Shown here piece by piece: positions 47,238-56,698 of a stretch of 64,000 bases of DNA. This DNA is from Cycloclasticus sp. symbiont of Poecilosclerida sp. M. GTDB taxonomy: Bacteria; Pseudomonadota; Gammaproteobacteria; Methylococcales; Cycloclasticaceae. Position 1 is the first letter of the stretch. Every line of letters begins with the position of its first letter. The stretch lies in assembly GCA_002101225.1 (NCBI GenBank), contig LWTN01000244.1:22584-86583 (forward strand), read 5' to 3'. The translations under genes were made by a program, and so were the position numbers. The notes under the pieces were generated by a model, which saw only the letters and a program-made list of their open reading frames with translations, was not told where the DNA came from and did no database searches.

Positions 47238-48911
47238 ATGAAAAATATTTTTCTGCTTTTAACGTTTCTTTGTTTCTTATCGGCCTGTGCTTCATATCCT
47301 AAACAGCCACCTGCTCATGCCGTAGCAAGCGCCCATCCAGCAGCGACACAAGCGGGTATTAATATCTTAAATCAAGGGGGCAATGCCTTTGATGCGGCGG
47401 TAGCGGTAAGTGCAACTTTAGCGGTTGTAGAACCTTTTGGTTCAGGCTTAGGCGGTGGCGGATTTTGGTTGTTGCACCGAGCAAGCGATGGAAAACAAGT
47501 GATGATTGATGGGCGTGAGGTCGCACCAGATTCAGCGCACCGCGATATGTACTTAGATAGCGAAGGTCAGGCAATTAAAAACGCATCGGTTGATGGCGTT
47601 CTCTCAGCGGGTATACCCGGCTTGCCCGCAGCGCTTGTTCACCTATCTAAGCACTACGGCAGCTTACCATTATCCGATAGTTTAGACTCTGCTATTAAGC
47701 TGGCCAGAGATGGGTTTTTGGTAGGTGAGCGTTACCACCGTTTAGCCACTTTTCGCCAGCCTGTGCTGTCGGCTAGTGGTTCTGCAAAAAATATTTTCTT
47801 AGTAGATGGAAAAGCACCGAAACGGGGCACACTGATTAAACAAGTAGATTTAGAAGAGACACTTAGAGCTTTAGCGAGTTATGGGTTTGACGGGTTTTAT
47901 CGCGGTTCAGTAGCGAAGAAGCTAGTTAATGGAGTTCAACAAGCGGGTGGTATTTGGACAGAAAAAGACCTTAGCGATTATAAAGTTAAAGAGCGAGAGC
48001 CGGTTGTTATCCACTATAAGGGGATGAAAGTAATTAGCGCATCCTTACCCTCATCAGGCGGGCTGGTGTTATCTATCACGTTGAATATTTTAGAACAGTA
48101 CGATTTAGACGAGATGGATGAGGCTACACGCATACACGTGATAGTAGAAGCGATGCGGAGAGCTTATCGCGAACGTGCGCTCTATATGGGGGATCAAGAT
48201 TTTGTTGAAGTGCCTACCGGGAAACTGGCTCAAAAGTCGTATGCAAAGACGCTAGCAGCGGACTTGGATTTTAATCGAGCGACTCTTAGTACAGAGCTTT
48301 TGGCCGTTAAAATAACTGAAGGAGAAGACACAACGCATTTCTCGATACTCGATAAAGACGGGAATCGTGTTGCCGGAACATTATCTATAAATTATCCGTT
48401 TGGCTCGGGCTTTGTACCCCCTGGAACAGGTGTTTTACTAAACGATGAAATGGATGACTTCTCCATCAAACAAGAGGTTCCCAACGTATATGGGCTTGTG
48501 GGTGGCACAGCTAATGCTATCGAGCCGGGCAAGCGAATGTTATCGAGTATGTCGCCCACGTTTTTTGAAATGGATAATAAAGTAGGCATACTGGGTACGC
48601 CAGGTGGCAGTAGAATTATCAGCATGGTGTTACTGGGTATTCTGCAAGCGGAACAAGATGAGATGCCCGTATCTTGGGTTAATTCGCCGCGTTTTCATCA
48701 TCAGTATTTACCTGATGTCATTCAGCATGAGCCTGAGGCTTTTAGTGAAACGCTAGATGAGGCATTAAAAGCAAAAGGCCATACACTAGAATCAGTTGGA
48801 AGGGACTACGGCGACATGCATGCCATACTGTGGGACAAAAAAGCAGCCAAAGTCATCACTGCAAGCGATAGGCGAGGCGAGGGGTTAGCTGTTAGCGTGC
48901 AGATTCGCTGA
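47238..48911 (+). CDS. ggt: Gamma-glutamyltransferase (probable lipoprotein)
   Basis: Lipobox LSAC; GGNAFDAA; nucleophile TTHFS; LSSMSP; GTPGGSRI. Confidence 0.95.
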   Translation: MKNIFLLLTFLCFLSACASYPKQPPAHAVASAHPAATQAGINILNQGGNAFDAAVAVSATLAVVEPFGSGLGGGGFWLLHRASDGKQVMIDGREVAPDSAHRDMYLDSEGQAIKNASVDGVLSAGIPGLPAALVHLSKHYGSLPLSDSLDSAIKLARDGFLVGERYHRLATFRQPVLSASGSAKNIFLVDGKAPKRGTLIKQVDLEETLRALASYGFDGFYRGSVAKKLVNGVQQAGGIWTEKDLSDYKVKEREPVVIHYKGMKVISASLPSSGGLVLSITLNILEQYDLDEMDEATRIHVIVEAMRRAYRERALYMGDQDFVEVPTGKLAQKSYAKTLAADLDFNRATLSTELLAVKITEGEDTTHFSILDKDGNRVAGTLSINYPFGSGFVPPGTGVLLNDEMDDFSIKQEVPNVYGLVGGTANAIEPGKRMLSSMSPTFFEMDNKVGILGTPGGSRIISMVLLGILQAEQDEMPVSWVNSPRFHHQYLPDVIQHEPEAFSETLDEALKAKGHTLESVGRDYGDMHAILWDKKAAKVITASDRRGEGLAVSVQIR

Positions 48912-48947
48912 TAAGCCAGAATTTACAAAGTAACGTTAATAGTTCTT

Positions 48948-49331
48948 CTAATTAACTTTCAATAACCAACCATCGCTGCCTGGACACCTGTTTGCACCGA
49001 TAGCTTGAATATTAATACGCGCATAGGTGTCTTTTAAGGATGGGGCTAAGGTGCCACTTACCGTGTAACCATTAGAGTCTTTCTTGGTTATGACGTCTAC
49101 AGGTATTTTTTTAACAACTACTTTTATGCTGCTTGGAACTGTTGAGGCTGATGCTAAAAAAGTAAAGCTGGAATTAGGCGAGACTTCAGACAAGTGCGGT
49201 GGTGTGAACTGGCTGAACGTGGGTTTGTTGCATGCTTTTTGACCGCTAGAACTGCCACCATAGGCGAAAGCTGCTGTGTTAGAAGTAATGAGAATCAAGA
49301 CTATCAATAGTTTAAATGTGTTCATAAACAT
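48948..49331 (-). CDS. Exported hypothetical protein with two Cys
   Basis: Signal peptide ending AFA; YGGSSSGQKAC...C..SDGWLLKV; RBS AAAGGAGA. Confidence 0.7.
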   Translation of the reverse strand: MFMNTFKLLIVLILITSNTAAFAYGGSSSGQKACNKPTFSQFTPPHLSEVSPNSSFTFLASASTVPSSIKVVVKKIPVDVITKKDSNGYTVSGTLAPSLKDTYARINIQAIGANRCPGSDGWLLKVN

Positions 49332-49403
49332 CTCCTTTTAATTAAGAATCGATATCTTTTTTCAAATACTACCATACCGCACAGTATTAATTTTTCAGGC
49401 GTT

Positions 49404-49817
49404 TTAACAAACGCCAGATAGCTCACATAAACCGTCTAAAACAAGTTGTATAGGGCTAACAACGCCGACAATCTTCCCATTTTCCATGACCGGTGCACGC
49501 ATCAGGCCATAACGGGCAAATAAGCGTGAGCAGTAACGTATGTCCATATCGGGTGAAACGGATATCAGTGGTTTTTCATTGATTTCGTAAACGTTAACGC
49601 GCTCGGGTGCCTTGTTTTTGGCGAGTACTTGCTTTGCGATAATGCCAGCATTGATTACACCGTATTCGTCATTGTCGTGAACTTTCTCTACGATGAGCAT
49701 TGATATTTTATGTTTCTTCATTTCTCTAACGGCTTCAGTAACCGTACATTTTCCATCAATAGTGTGAAAGTCAGTTTTCATTACATCGCGAACGCGAATG
49801 GTTTTTTTATCACTCAT
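49404..49817 (-). CDS. Stand-alone CBS-pair protein
   Basis: VRDVM..., IS.LIV, PLISVSPD, APVM..GKIVGVVS; overlaps the P-II gene by 4 nt. Confidence 0.88.
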   Translation of the reverse strand: MSDKKTIRVRDVMKTDFHTIDGKCTVTEAVREMKKHKISMLIVEKVHDNDEYGVINAGIIAKQVLAKNKAPERVNVYEINEKPLISVSPDMDIRYCSRLFARYGLMRAPVMENGKIVGVVSPIQLVLDGLCELSGVC

Positions 49818-50164
49818 AACTCCTCCTCAATTACGGTTGTAATTTCTTTTGCTTGGTGTAGCACGCCGATAGCATCTTCAACGTCAATTTGAAGAGCGAT
49901 ACCACTACCCGGTTCTTCGTCAAATCGGCCCGCTCGTGCAATTTCTTCGATAATCTTTCGGCATAAGTGTTGCTCAACCAAGAACATAACGACATCGCGC
50001 TGTGTTTCCAGGTTGAGGCCAAGGAAGGTTTTCTTCTTTTGAATGCCCTCACCGCGTGCGTTGTTGATGATGGTCGCGCCAGTTGCACCCATGTTACGTG
50101 CTGCAGCAAGAACATCGTCCGTTTTATTGTCGTCTACAAAAACGATGATTAATTTAAAATGCAT
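49814..50164 (-). CDS. Non-canonical P-II family signal transduction protein
   Basis: KLIIVFV, GATGATI, ARGEG, B-loop GSGIALQIDVE. Confidence 0.85.
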   Translation of the reverse strand: MHFKLIIVFVDDNKTDDVLAAARNMGATGATIINNARGEGIQKKKTFLGLNLETQRDVVMFLVEQHLCRKIIEEIARAGRFDEEPGSGIALQIDVEDAIGVLHQAKEITTVIEEEL

Positions 50165-50165
50165 A

Positions 50166-50960
50166 TTAGTCTCCTTCTTTGGGATTATTGAGCACTGCGC
50201 GGTGCGCTATCCAAGTAGACACTTGGGCATATGCAAGCACAGCTATTATAGGGAAAAGGCTGGCGAAGGCAATGAGGCCAAAGCCATCCAGTAACGGGTT
50301 TCGCCCCGGAATAGTAGAGGCGAGCCCTATGCCTAACGCCGTTACTAAGGGTACGGTTACGGTTGATGTGGTGACGCCGCCAGAATCGTAAGCAAGCCCA
50401 ATGATGAGCTTAGGGGAAAGAGTCGTTTGTAAAATAACAATGATGTAACCGACGATGATATACAAGTACAGCTCGGTTCCAGTAACGATTCGGAATGTAC
50501 CTAAGGCAATACCAAATGAGACACCGGCAGAAACAGATAAACGCAAATACCATGCTTTGATGTTGCCGCCAGAAATTTGTTCCGCTTTGATGGCGACAGC
50601 AATTAAAGATGGCTCGGCTAAGGTGGTGGCAAATCCTATGCAAGCACCAAAAATATAAACCCAGTAATAGTCTTGCCAAACAATGCCAAGTGAGGGGTCG
50701 ATGCTGGGGTTAATGAAATCACTACTGGTCAGCTGTTCAGCCATGGCTGTGCCTAATGGGAATAAGGCTTTATCAAGGCCGACTAAAAACAGTGTCATAC
50801 CGAGAACGACGTAAATCATTCCAATAGTAAGATTTTTTAGTTGTTTAAAGGGGCGACGAATAATGACGAGCTGAAAAAATATAATGATGCCCATAATAGG
50901 CGCTACATCTCGCAGAGTACTCAGTAGCACGGTGATAAATTCTGTTATCCAACTGCTCAT
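50166..50960 (-). CDS. DUF1538 family membrane protein
   Basis: Multi-TM; TLAEPSL and YDSGGVTTSTVTVP motifs. Confidence 0.88.
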   Translation of the reverse strand: MSSWITEFITVLLSTLRDVAPIMGIIIFFQLVIIRRPFKQLKNLTIGMIYVVLGMTLFLVGLDKALFPLGTAMAEQLTSSDFINPSIDPSLGIVWQDYYWVYIFGACIGFATTLAEPSLIAVAIKAEQISGGNIKAWYLRLSVSAGVSFGIALGTFRIVTGTELYLYIIVGYIIVILQTTLSPKLIIGLAYDSGGVTTSTVTVPLVTALGIGLASTIPGRNPLLDGFGLIAFASLFPIIAVLAYAQVSTWIAHRAVLNNPKEGD

Positions 50961-51691
50961 AAAAACATCCCGTAGGCCATAACAAATATTATCGGTGTTA
51001 ACGAGGCGATAGCAATTAAGCCAAAGCCGTCGATCATAGGGTTACGGCCAGCAATAGCAGATGACAGGCCAACGCCTAACGCTGTTACTAGTGGCACGGT
51101 GACGGTACCGGTGGTGACACCACCTGAGTCATAGGCGATGCCAATGATAGTGTCTGGCGCAAAAGCGGTCATAGCGACGACGCCAATGTAGCCAGGAATG
51201 ATTAGGTACTGTAGTGGCCAGCCACGAATAATACGAAGCACACCGATAAGAATGGCTATGCCAACGGAAAAGGCCACGGTATAACGCAAACCAAAGGCGT
51301 AATCATCAATAGCTAGTTCGGATTGCTCAATAGCGCCAGCTTCAGCCGCAATGCGCGCTGCTTCGTCGGCTACTGCAATTAGAGCGGGCTCCGCAACGGT
51401 GGTGCCAAAACCTAAGGAAAAAGCAAAAGTGAGCAACCAGAATAAGCTTCCTTTTCGGGCAAAAGAGTAAGCCATAGTTTCGCCGACGGGGAATAAGCTT
51501 TTCTCAAGGCCTTGGATAAAAAACGTTAAACCTAAAATAATAAAAATCGTGCCAATGGCAATATCGGCAATATTGGGAATGGGCTGCCTTAAGATGAAAA
51601 CTTGGAAGATAAAGATGACAATAAAAATAGGAAGCAGGTCAACGACGCTGCCGAAAATTTGTCGAATAAATTTGTTTTTAATGCTGAACAA
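50957..51691 (-). CDS. DUF1538 family membrane protein (paralog)
   Basis: Multi-TM; TVAEPAL and YDSGGVTTGTVTVP motifs; TTG start with GGAGAG upstream. Confidence 0.88.
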   Translation of the reverse strand: MFSIKNKFIRQIFGSVVDLLPIFIVIFIFQVFILRQPIPNIADIAIGTIFIILGLTFFIQGLEKSLFPVGETMAYSFARKGSLFWLLTFAFSLGFGTTVAEPALIAVADEAARIAAEAGAIEQSELAIDDYAFGLRYTVAFSVGIAILIGVLRIIRGWPLQYLIIPGYIGVVAMTAFAPDTIIGIAYDSGGVTTGTVTVPLVTALGVGLSSAIAGRNPMIDGFGLIAIASLTPIIFVMAYGMFL

Positions 51692-51794
51692 TTAACATCT
51701 CTCCCCATGTTAACTGTATAGGATTTATGTGTTAATTCCTATGTTGAGTTGAGAACTTGTTTAACGATAAGCGGTGATTAAGGAAAATGAATGT

Positions 51795-52610
51795 TTAATG
51801 TTGGCAACGTGGGCAATAAAAAGTTGAGCGCTGTCCCAGAGTGATTTGTTTTATACGAGATTCACAGTTAAAACACTCTTTCCCAGCACGGCCGTAAACG
51901 GATAAAGTTTGTTGAAAATATCCAGGCTTTCCTTCACTGTTCACAAAATCTTTTAACGTTGTGCCGCCTTGTTCAATGGCGAGAGCTAAGATTTTTTTAA
52001 TAGATTCTAATAACGTGCTTAAGCGTTTTTTAGATACCTTATTAGCCGCACGCTTTGGGTGAATGCCCGATAAAAACAACGCTTCGCTGGCATAAATATT
52101 GCCGACTCCAACGACAATTTTTCCATCTATAATAAATTGTTTAATAGAGGTTTTTTTGGTTTTTGCTTGTGCGTGAAAGTAGTTTAAGTTGAATGCTTTA
52201 TTAAACGGCTCTGGCCCAAGGTGCTGTATTAATTTGTGGTGTTCGGTCGGTTGTTCAGTCCACAAAAAACAACCGAAACGGCGCGGATCACGATAACGCA
52301 GACAGTTCCCGTCATCCATAATAATATCAATATGGTCGTGCTTCTCTGGAGGTTCATCCGTTGTTGTTACCCTCAAGCTGCCTGACATGCCTAAATGAAT
52401 GATGAGTGAGCCAATAGCTGTGTGGATAAAGAGGTATTTTGCTCTGCGCTCAACGCCCGTTATGACCTGGCTTGGTAGCTTACTAGTAACTTCTGGAGAA
52501 ACAGGCCATCTTAAACGAGCATTACGAACAATAACGCGGGCGATGGTGTGGCCTTGAATATGAGGGGTAATACCGCGCCGTGTGGTTTCAACTTCAGGTA
52601 ATTCTGGCAT
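51795..52610 (-). CDS. mutM: Formamidopyrimidine-DNA glycosylase
   Basis: MPELPEVE, HLGMSG, GVGNIYASE, C-terminal zinc finger. Confidence 0.97.
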   Translation of the reverse strand: MPELPEVETTRRGITPHIQGHTIARVIVRNARLRWPVSPEVTSKLPSQVITGVERRAKYLFIHTAIGSLIIHLGMSGSLRVTTTDEPPEKHDHIDIIMDDGNCLRYRDPRRFGCFLWTEQPTEHHKLIQHLGPEPFNKAFNLNYFHAQAKTKKTSIKQFIIDGKIVVGVGNIYASEALFLSGIHPKRAANKVSKKRLSTLLESIKKILALAIEQGGTTLKDFVNSEGKPGYFQQTLSVYGRAGKECFNCESRIKQITLGQRSTFYCPRCQH

Positions 52611-52618
52611 TTGTTACG

Positions 52619-53473
52619 TTAAATATCGGCTGCTTTGGGTGGCGTCGTGAGCTTGTTAAATTTATCTAAACTAAAAACGTAACTTAATTGGTTATTGTTA
52701 GTAGTCGCTAGATAGACCTCATTTTGCTTTTTAGTGACCAAAAACTCGTGTTCTTTGTTATCTTCGAAGATAATTTTAATGCTGAAATCGACTGGCTGAT
52801 AAGTGGTTTTTGTAATCTGTATAGCTCGTGCAAAGCGCCATTCATCTAATAATATTTGTACGCTATCAGGTGAGAGAGAGTTTTCAGGTGAAACTTCATC
52901 TGTCCAGATGGAATCAGTTTGCTGGCTTATCGTGTACTGCGGTGTTTCAATTTTTATGATGGGTGAGTTGCTAATGAGCAATCGGGTATCAATATAGTCG
53001 GTTGCAGGGGCGGTTAAATGGTGTAAGAACGCGTCGTCTACTAAATAGATAGACGTGCCATCACTTACGTAACGTCGCTGGCCAACAGGGTTCGTTTTGC
53101 CAATAGTTAGCTGAGTCTTATCAAAAGATACCTGGGCGCGGGCTTGGTCTAAACCATACAGTTTTTTCTTATCTTCAACTAAGGGGTATTTTGCGGACGC
53201 TTTGATTTGTGAGATTTTGAGTAAGCGCCCTATTTTCCCACTTAGGGCTTTAACAGAGAAGGGTGCAATCATGTTCCACTCGTTACCCGCTTTGACCAAT
53301 TCAACCGTTTCTTGATTTTTGCGTTGAATAGTAATGGACTGAATTAATGTGATATCAAGCTTTGATAAATGAAGGGTCTGTTCTGAACCTTTATCTTGGG
53401 TTAACCAAATAAGCCCGAGCAACAATGAGCCAAGAACCATGAGCATGAGATTAAGCAATAAGCGATTACCCAT
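52619..53473 (-). CDS. DUF4340 family protein
   Basis: N-terminal TM anchor, YGL..., IGKTNP....RYV pattern; follows a GldG-like gene. Start is the ATG at 53473 (ORF track 53512). Confidence 0.75.
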   Translation of the reverse strand: MGNRLLLNLMLMVLGSLLLGLIWLTQDKGSEQTLHLSKLDITLIQSITIQRKNQETVELVKAGNEWNMIAPFSVKALSGKIGRLLKISQIKASAKYPLVEDKKKLYGLDQARAQVSFDKTQLTIGKTNPVGQRRYVSDGTSIYLVDDAFLHHLTAPATDYIDTRLLISNSPIIKIETPQYTISQQTDSIWTDEVSPENSLSPDSVQILLDEWRFARAIQITKTTYQPVDFSIKIIFEDNKEHEFLVTKKQNEVYLATTNNNQLSYVFSLDKFNKLTTPPKAADI

Positions 53474-53477
53474 AGCG

Positions 53478-54851
53478 CTATCGGCGTCTTCGTTTGTACC
53501 AAATGACAACACCGACCGTGAAAAACAGAAGCGGCAATAGCACTAAAAACCCAATACCGAAAACCATTGACCACAGATTGCTTATTTCAAGCGCTGTATC
53601 GTTCGATGTTTTAGCGGGCACACTGATAAAGTTATCGTCGTGATTTAGCCATTGAAATAGACCAAGCCCTAAATCTAAATTCGAGCCGTTGCCTAAAAAA
53701 GCATTTGATAAAAAGTCTCCATCACCGATAACCGCAATACGTTGATGGCTTGCTGGGCTGATGTCTTTTCCTTCAGCGGCTGTAATGTCGCGCGTTAACG
53801 CATAGCCGATGGTGATGGGGCCTTGTTGCTCTTTGGAGTTTTCGTCAAACTTAATGTTGCCTTCAAGAGACCCTGTTTCGGTCCATGAACGCTCAAGCGT
53901 GGACAACAAAGGTGTGGCTATAAAATTTGTAGCCGCGTTAGGGCGGTTGATGCCGCTAGCGCCTGGAAATAAACTCATGCCTTGTAAGTGTCGGGTAGCG
54001 GGGTGTTCTGGGTACTCGGTCACGAGGGCGTTGGTAGGGTCGTCAATACCAAAAATCCGGGTGGTCGCATCTACGACAATACCCGGTGAGAAGGAAATGC
54101 CGAGCGTTTCTGCAAGTTCGAAAATGTTAGGTTGATTGGGCTCGGTCAGCCATAGAAGCTGTCCGCCTGCGGAGATATAGTTTTGTATAATTTTGACTTC
54201 ACCTGCTATAAACGAGGTGCGTGAACTGGCGATAACCAACAAGGTCGTATTGCGTGGAATATCGGGCGTTTCGATTAAGTTAAGGCGTTGCGTGTTAAAG
54301 CCTTTCTGCTTCAGTTGCTGTGCAAATAGACCGTAGTCAAAATTAGCCTTTCCATCGGGGCTGCGTTCGCCGTGACCGGTCAAAAAAACAACCCAGCGTT
54401 GATCGCTACTAGCGAGTCGTTGTAAGGCGTTAGTCAGGTTTTGCTCGTCAAGATTGGTAATAGATTCACGCCGACCATTATAATAAATGATGAGTTCGCC
54501 GTCGGCTGTAATGCCTTGTTCACGCGCTAAATCGGGGCGTGTGTCGGGATTAATGAAGTCTAAATTTAAGTCGCTTTTGTGTTGTTGATAACGCCTTACG
54601 AGCTCTTTTATCCGTTTTCGAATGAGCTCATTTTTGGTGACATAAGCTGAAATATTAATTGGCGTATTAAGCTTGCCTAGTAGCTGAATACTAGGCTGGG
54701 ATAGTGAGTTTTTATTGCTCGCCGTCCAGTCAGACTGCACGGTGTATTGGGTGCTTAGCCAAGCGAGCATCATAACGATACTAATAAACAATACGCCAAA
54801 CGCGATATTTTGCAGCCGGATTTGCATATGTGTTTTAGGCGTTAAGTTCAT
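53478..54851 (-). CDS. GldG-family ABC auxiliary protein
   Basis: DWTASNKNSLS, FLTGHGER, VIGDGDFLSN; C-terminal TM followed by RRRR. Confidence 0.85.
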   Translation of the reverse strand: MNLTPKTHMQIRLQNIAFGVLFISIVMMLAWLSTQYTVQSDWTASNKNSLSQPSIQLLGKLNTPINISAYVTKNELIRKRIKELVRRYQQHKSDLNLDFINPDTRPDLAREQGITADGELIIYYNGRRESITNLDEQNLTNALQRLASSDQRWVVFLTGHGERSPDGKANFDYGLFAQQLKQKGFNTQRLNLIETPDIPRNTTLLVIASSRTSFIAGEVKIIQNYISAGGQLLWLTEPNQPNIFELAETLGISFSPGIVVDATTRIFGIDDPTNALVTEYPEHPATRHLQGMSLFPGASGINRPNAATNFIATPLLSTLERSWTETGSLEGNIKFDENSKEQQGPITIGYALTRDITAAEGKDISPASHQRIAVIGDGDFLSNAFLGNGSNLDLGLGLFQWLNHDDNFISVPAKTSNDTALEISNLWSMVFGIGFLVLLPLLFFTVGVVIWYKRRRR

Positions 54852-55603
54852 TTCTGCAAGCGGTCGTTATCTAAACGTTTAATGCTTAGGATGAGAAAGC
54901 TGCCAATAAATAAGATGAAATAGATAACGTCGGTAGAATTGACCAAGCCTTGTAATAAATTCTCAAAGTGATGCAGGATAGATAAATAACTCAGCACATC
55001 GCTAGCGCTATCGCTGACATTACTGCTCCAGTCGATAATCCATAGAAGCAGCAAGACGCCAAAGCTGCCGACCGCCGCGATAGTAGGTTGTGGTGCAATT
55101 GCCGACATATACACGCCTAATGCGCTAAAGGAGGCCAGTAACAACACCATGCCAAGCAGTCCAGCCAAGAATTTGCCAGAATCGAGTGAGCCGATGGAGA
55201 GAAGCGATAAAGGCATGAGCGATACCAACAACAAAACAACCATCAAAAATGCGAAGGTAGCTAAAAATTTCCCAAGGATAATCTCGGTCATCGATATGGG
55301 CGCAGAAAACAATAAGCTAATCGTTTTGTTACGCCGTTCATCGCTGATTAGACGCATGGTTAGTAGCGGTGTGATGAGCAACAAAATTGTCGCAGCATTA
55401 CCCAAAATAGGCGCGACGATTAAATCGGTAATACCGGGCGCAGCGGTGATGCCCGCAAGTTTGGCTTGAATAGTTAAGTAATAATCAACCTGCGATAAAA
55501 ACAAGTAGGCGAAAAGCAGTTGGGTGACGCCGAGTAAGGTCCAAGCTAATGGAGAAAGAAATAGGCTGCGTAATTCGCGGGCGGCGATGGTAAAGCTATT
55601 CAT
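54848..55603 (-). CDS. GldF-like ABC-2 permease
   Basis: RELRSLFLSPLAW, TMRLISDERR...LLFSAP, LGKF. Confidence 0.88.
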   Translation of the reverse strand: MNSFTIAARELRSLFLSPLAWTLLGVTQLLFAYLFLSQVDYYLTIQAKLAGITAAPGITDLIVAPILGNAATILLLITPLLTMRLISDERRNKTISLLFSAPISMTEIILGKFLATFAFLMVVLLLVSLMPLSLLSIGSLDSGKFLAGLLGMVLLLASFSALGVYMSAIAPQPTIAAVGSFGVLLLLWIIDWSSNVSDSASDVLSYLSILHHFENLLQGLVNSTDVIYFILFIGSFLILSIKRLDNDRLQK

Positions 55604-56528
55604 TAATCTCAGTATCCTTGGTTAAGGAAATAAAAATTTCTTCCATGCTGTGTTTTTCTTCATTTAAGTGCAGCAAGCCCCAGTGGTTTTTAACAGCCAA
55701 CTCGGCAAATTCTTCAGCGAGCTTATGCTCGGGCAGATGGTGCAGGCGAAAGTGTTGATCACCCAATAGATCAACCTCAGTCACAGCGTTAATGGCTTGT
55801 AAGTCAGCAAGCTCAGGCGGTTGACGTAATTGCACCTTAAGGGTTGAGCTGGTCATGCGGGCGGTCAAATCATCAATACCTTCACTTAGCACGAGTTTGC
55901 CTTGGTGAATAATTTGAACACGACTGCACGATTGTTGTACTTCAGATAAAATATGGGTTGATAAAATAACGCTATGCTCTTTACCTAAATCACGGATTAA
56001 TTGACGTATCTCCATAATTTGCATCGGGTCTAAACCCACAGTGGGTTCATCCAGTACAACCACAGAAGGGTTATGCAAGATAGCCTGAGCGATGCCGACG
56101 CGCTGCTGAAAACCTTTAGATAAGTTGCCAATAAGGCGGTCGCCAACCTCGGTTAAAGCGCATTTCTCTTTGCCGTGGTCAACGGCTTGCTTAAGGGAGG
56201 GCTTCGAGACGCCATGTAATTTTGCGCAGTAATGTAGGAATTCATCAACCGTTAGTTCGGGATATAGAGGCGGTATTTCTGGCAAACACCCCAACTCAGC
56301 TTTCGCCAATTTAGGCTGTTCGAGCATATCGTAGCCATTGATTTTAACGCTACCAAGAGTAGGCGCTAAGGTGCCGCAAATCATCTTCATGGTGGTAGAT
56401 TTTCCCGCGCCATTAGGCCCAAGAAAGCCGAGTACTTCCCCTTTTTTTAGAAAAAAACTCACGTCGTCAACTACGCAGTGTTCACCAAATTGGCGTGATA
56501 ATTTATTGACTTCAATGAGTGTGGTCAT
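55596..56528 (-). CDS. GldA-like ABC ATP-binding protein
   Basis: GPNGAGKST, LSKGFQQR, LDEPTVGLDP, STHILSEV. Confidence 0.92.
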   Translation of the reverse strand: MTTLIEVNKLSRQFGEHCVVDDVSFFLKKGEVLGFLGPNGAGKSTTMKMICGTLAPTLGSVKINGYDMLEQPKLAKAELGCLPEIPPLYPELTVDEFLHYCAKLHGVSKPSLKQAVDHGKEKCALTEVGDRLIGNLSKGFQQRVGIAQAILHNPSVVVLDEPTVGLDPMQIMEIRQLIRDLGKEHSVILSTHILSEVQQSCSRVQIIHQGKLVLSEGIDDLTARMTSSTLKVQLRQPPELADLQAINAVTEVDLLGDQHFRLHHLPEHKLAEEFAELAVKNHWGLLHLNEEKHSMEEIFISLTKDTEINE

Positions 56529-56698
56529 AGCAAATTAAGACAGAACATAATGTAAAATAGTGAATGCAAAGTAAGACTTTCATATAAAGTGTACATTAGG
56601 GCTAATAAGCAATCAATGAAGCCGAAGTTTGTTTTTAATAGTTGCGTGTTTTTTACCCATTCATGTAAAAATATAATGCTATTTTTTGAGAAAGCCTT

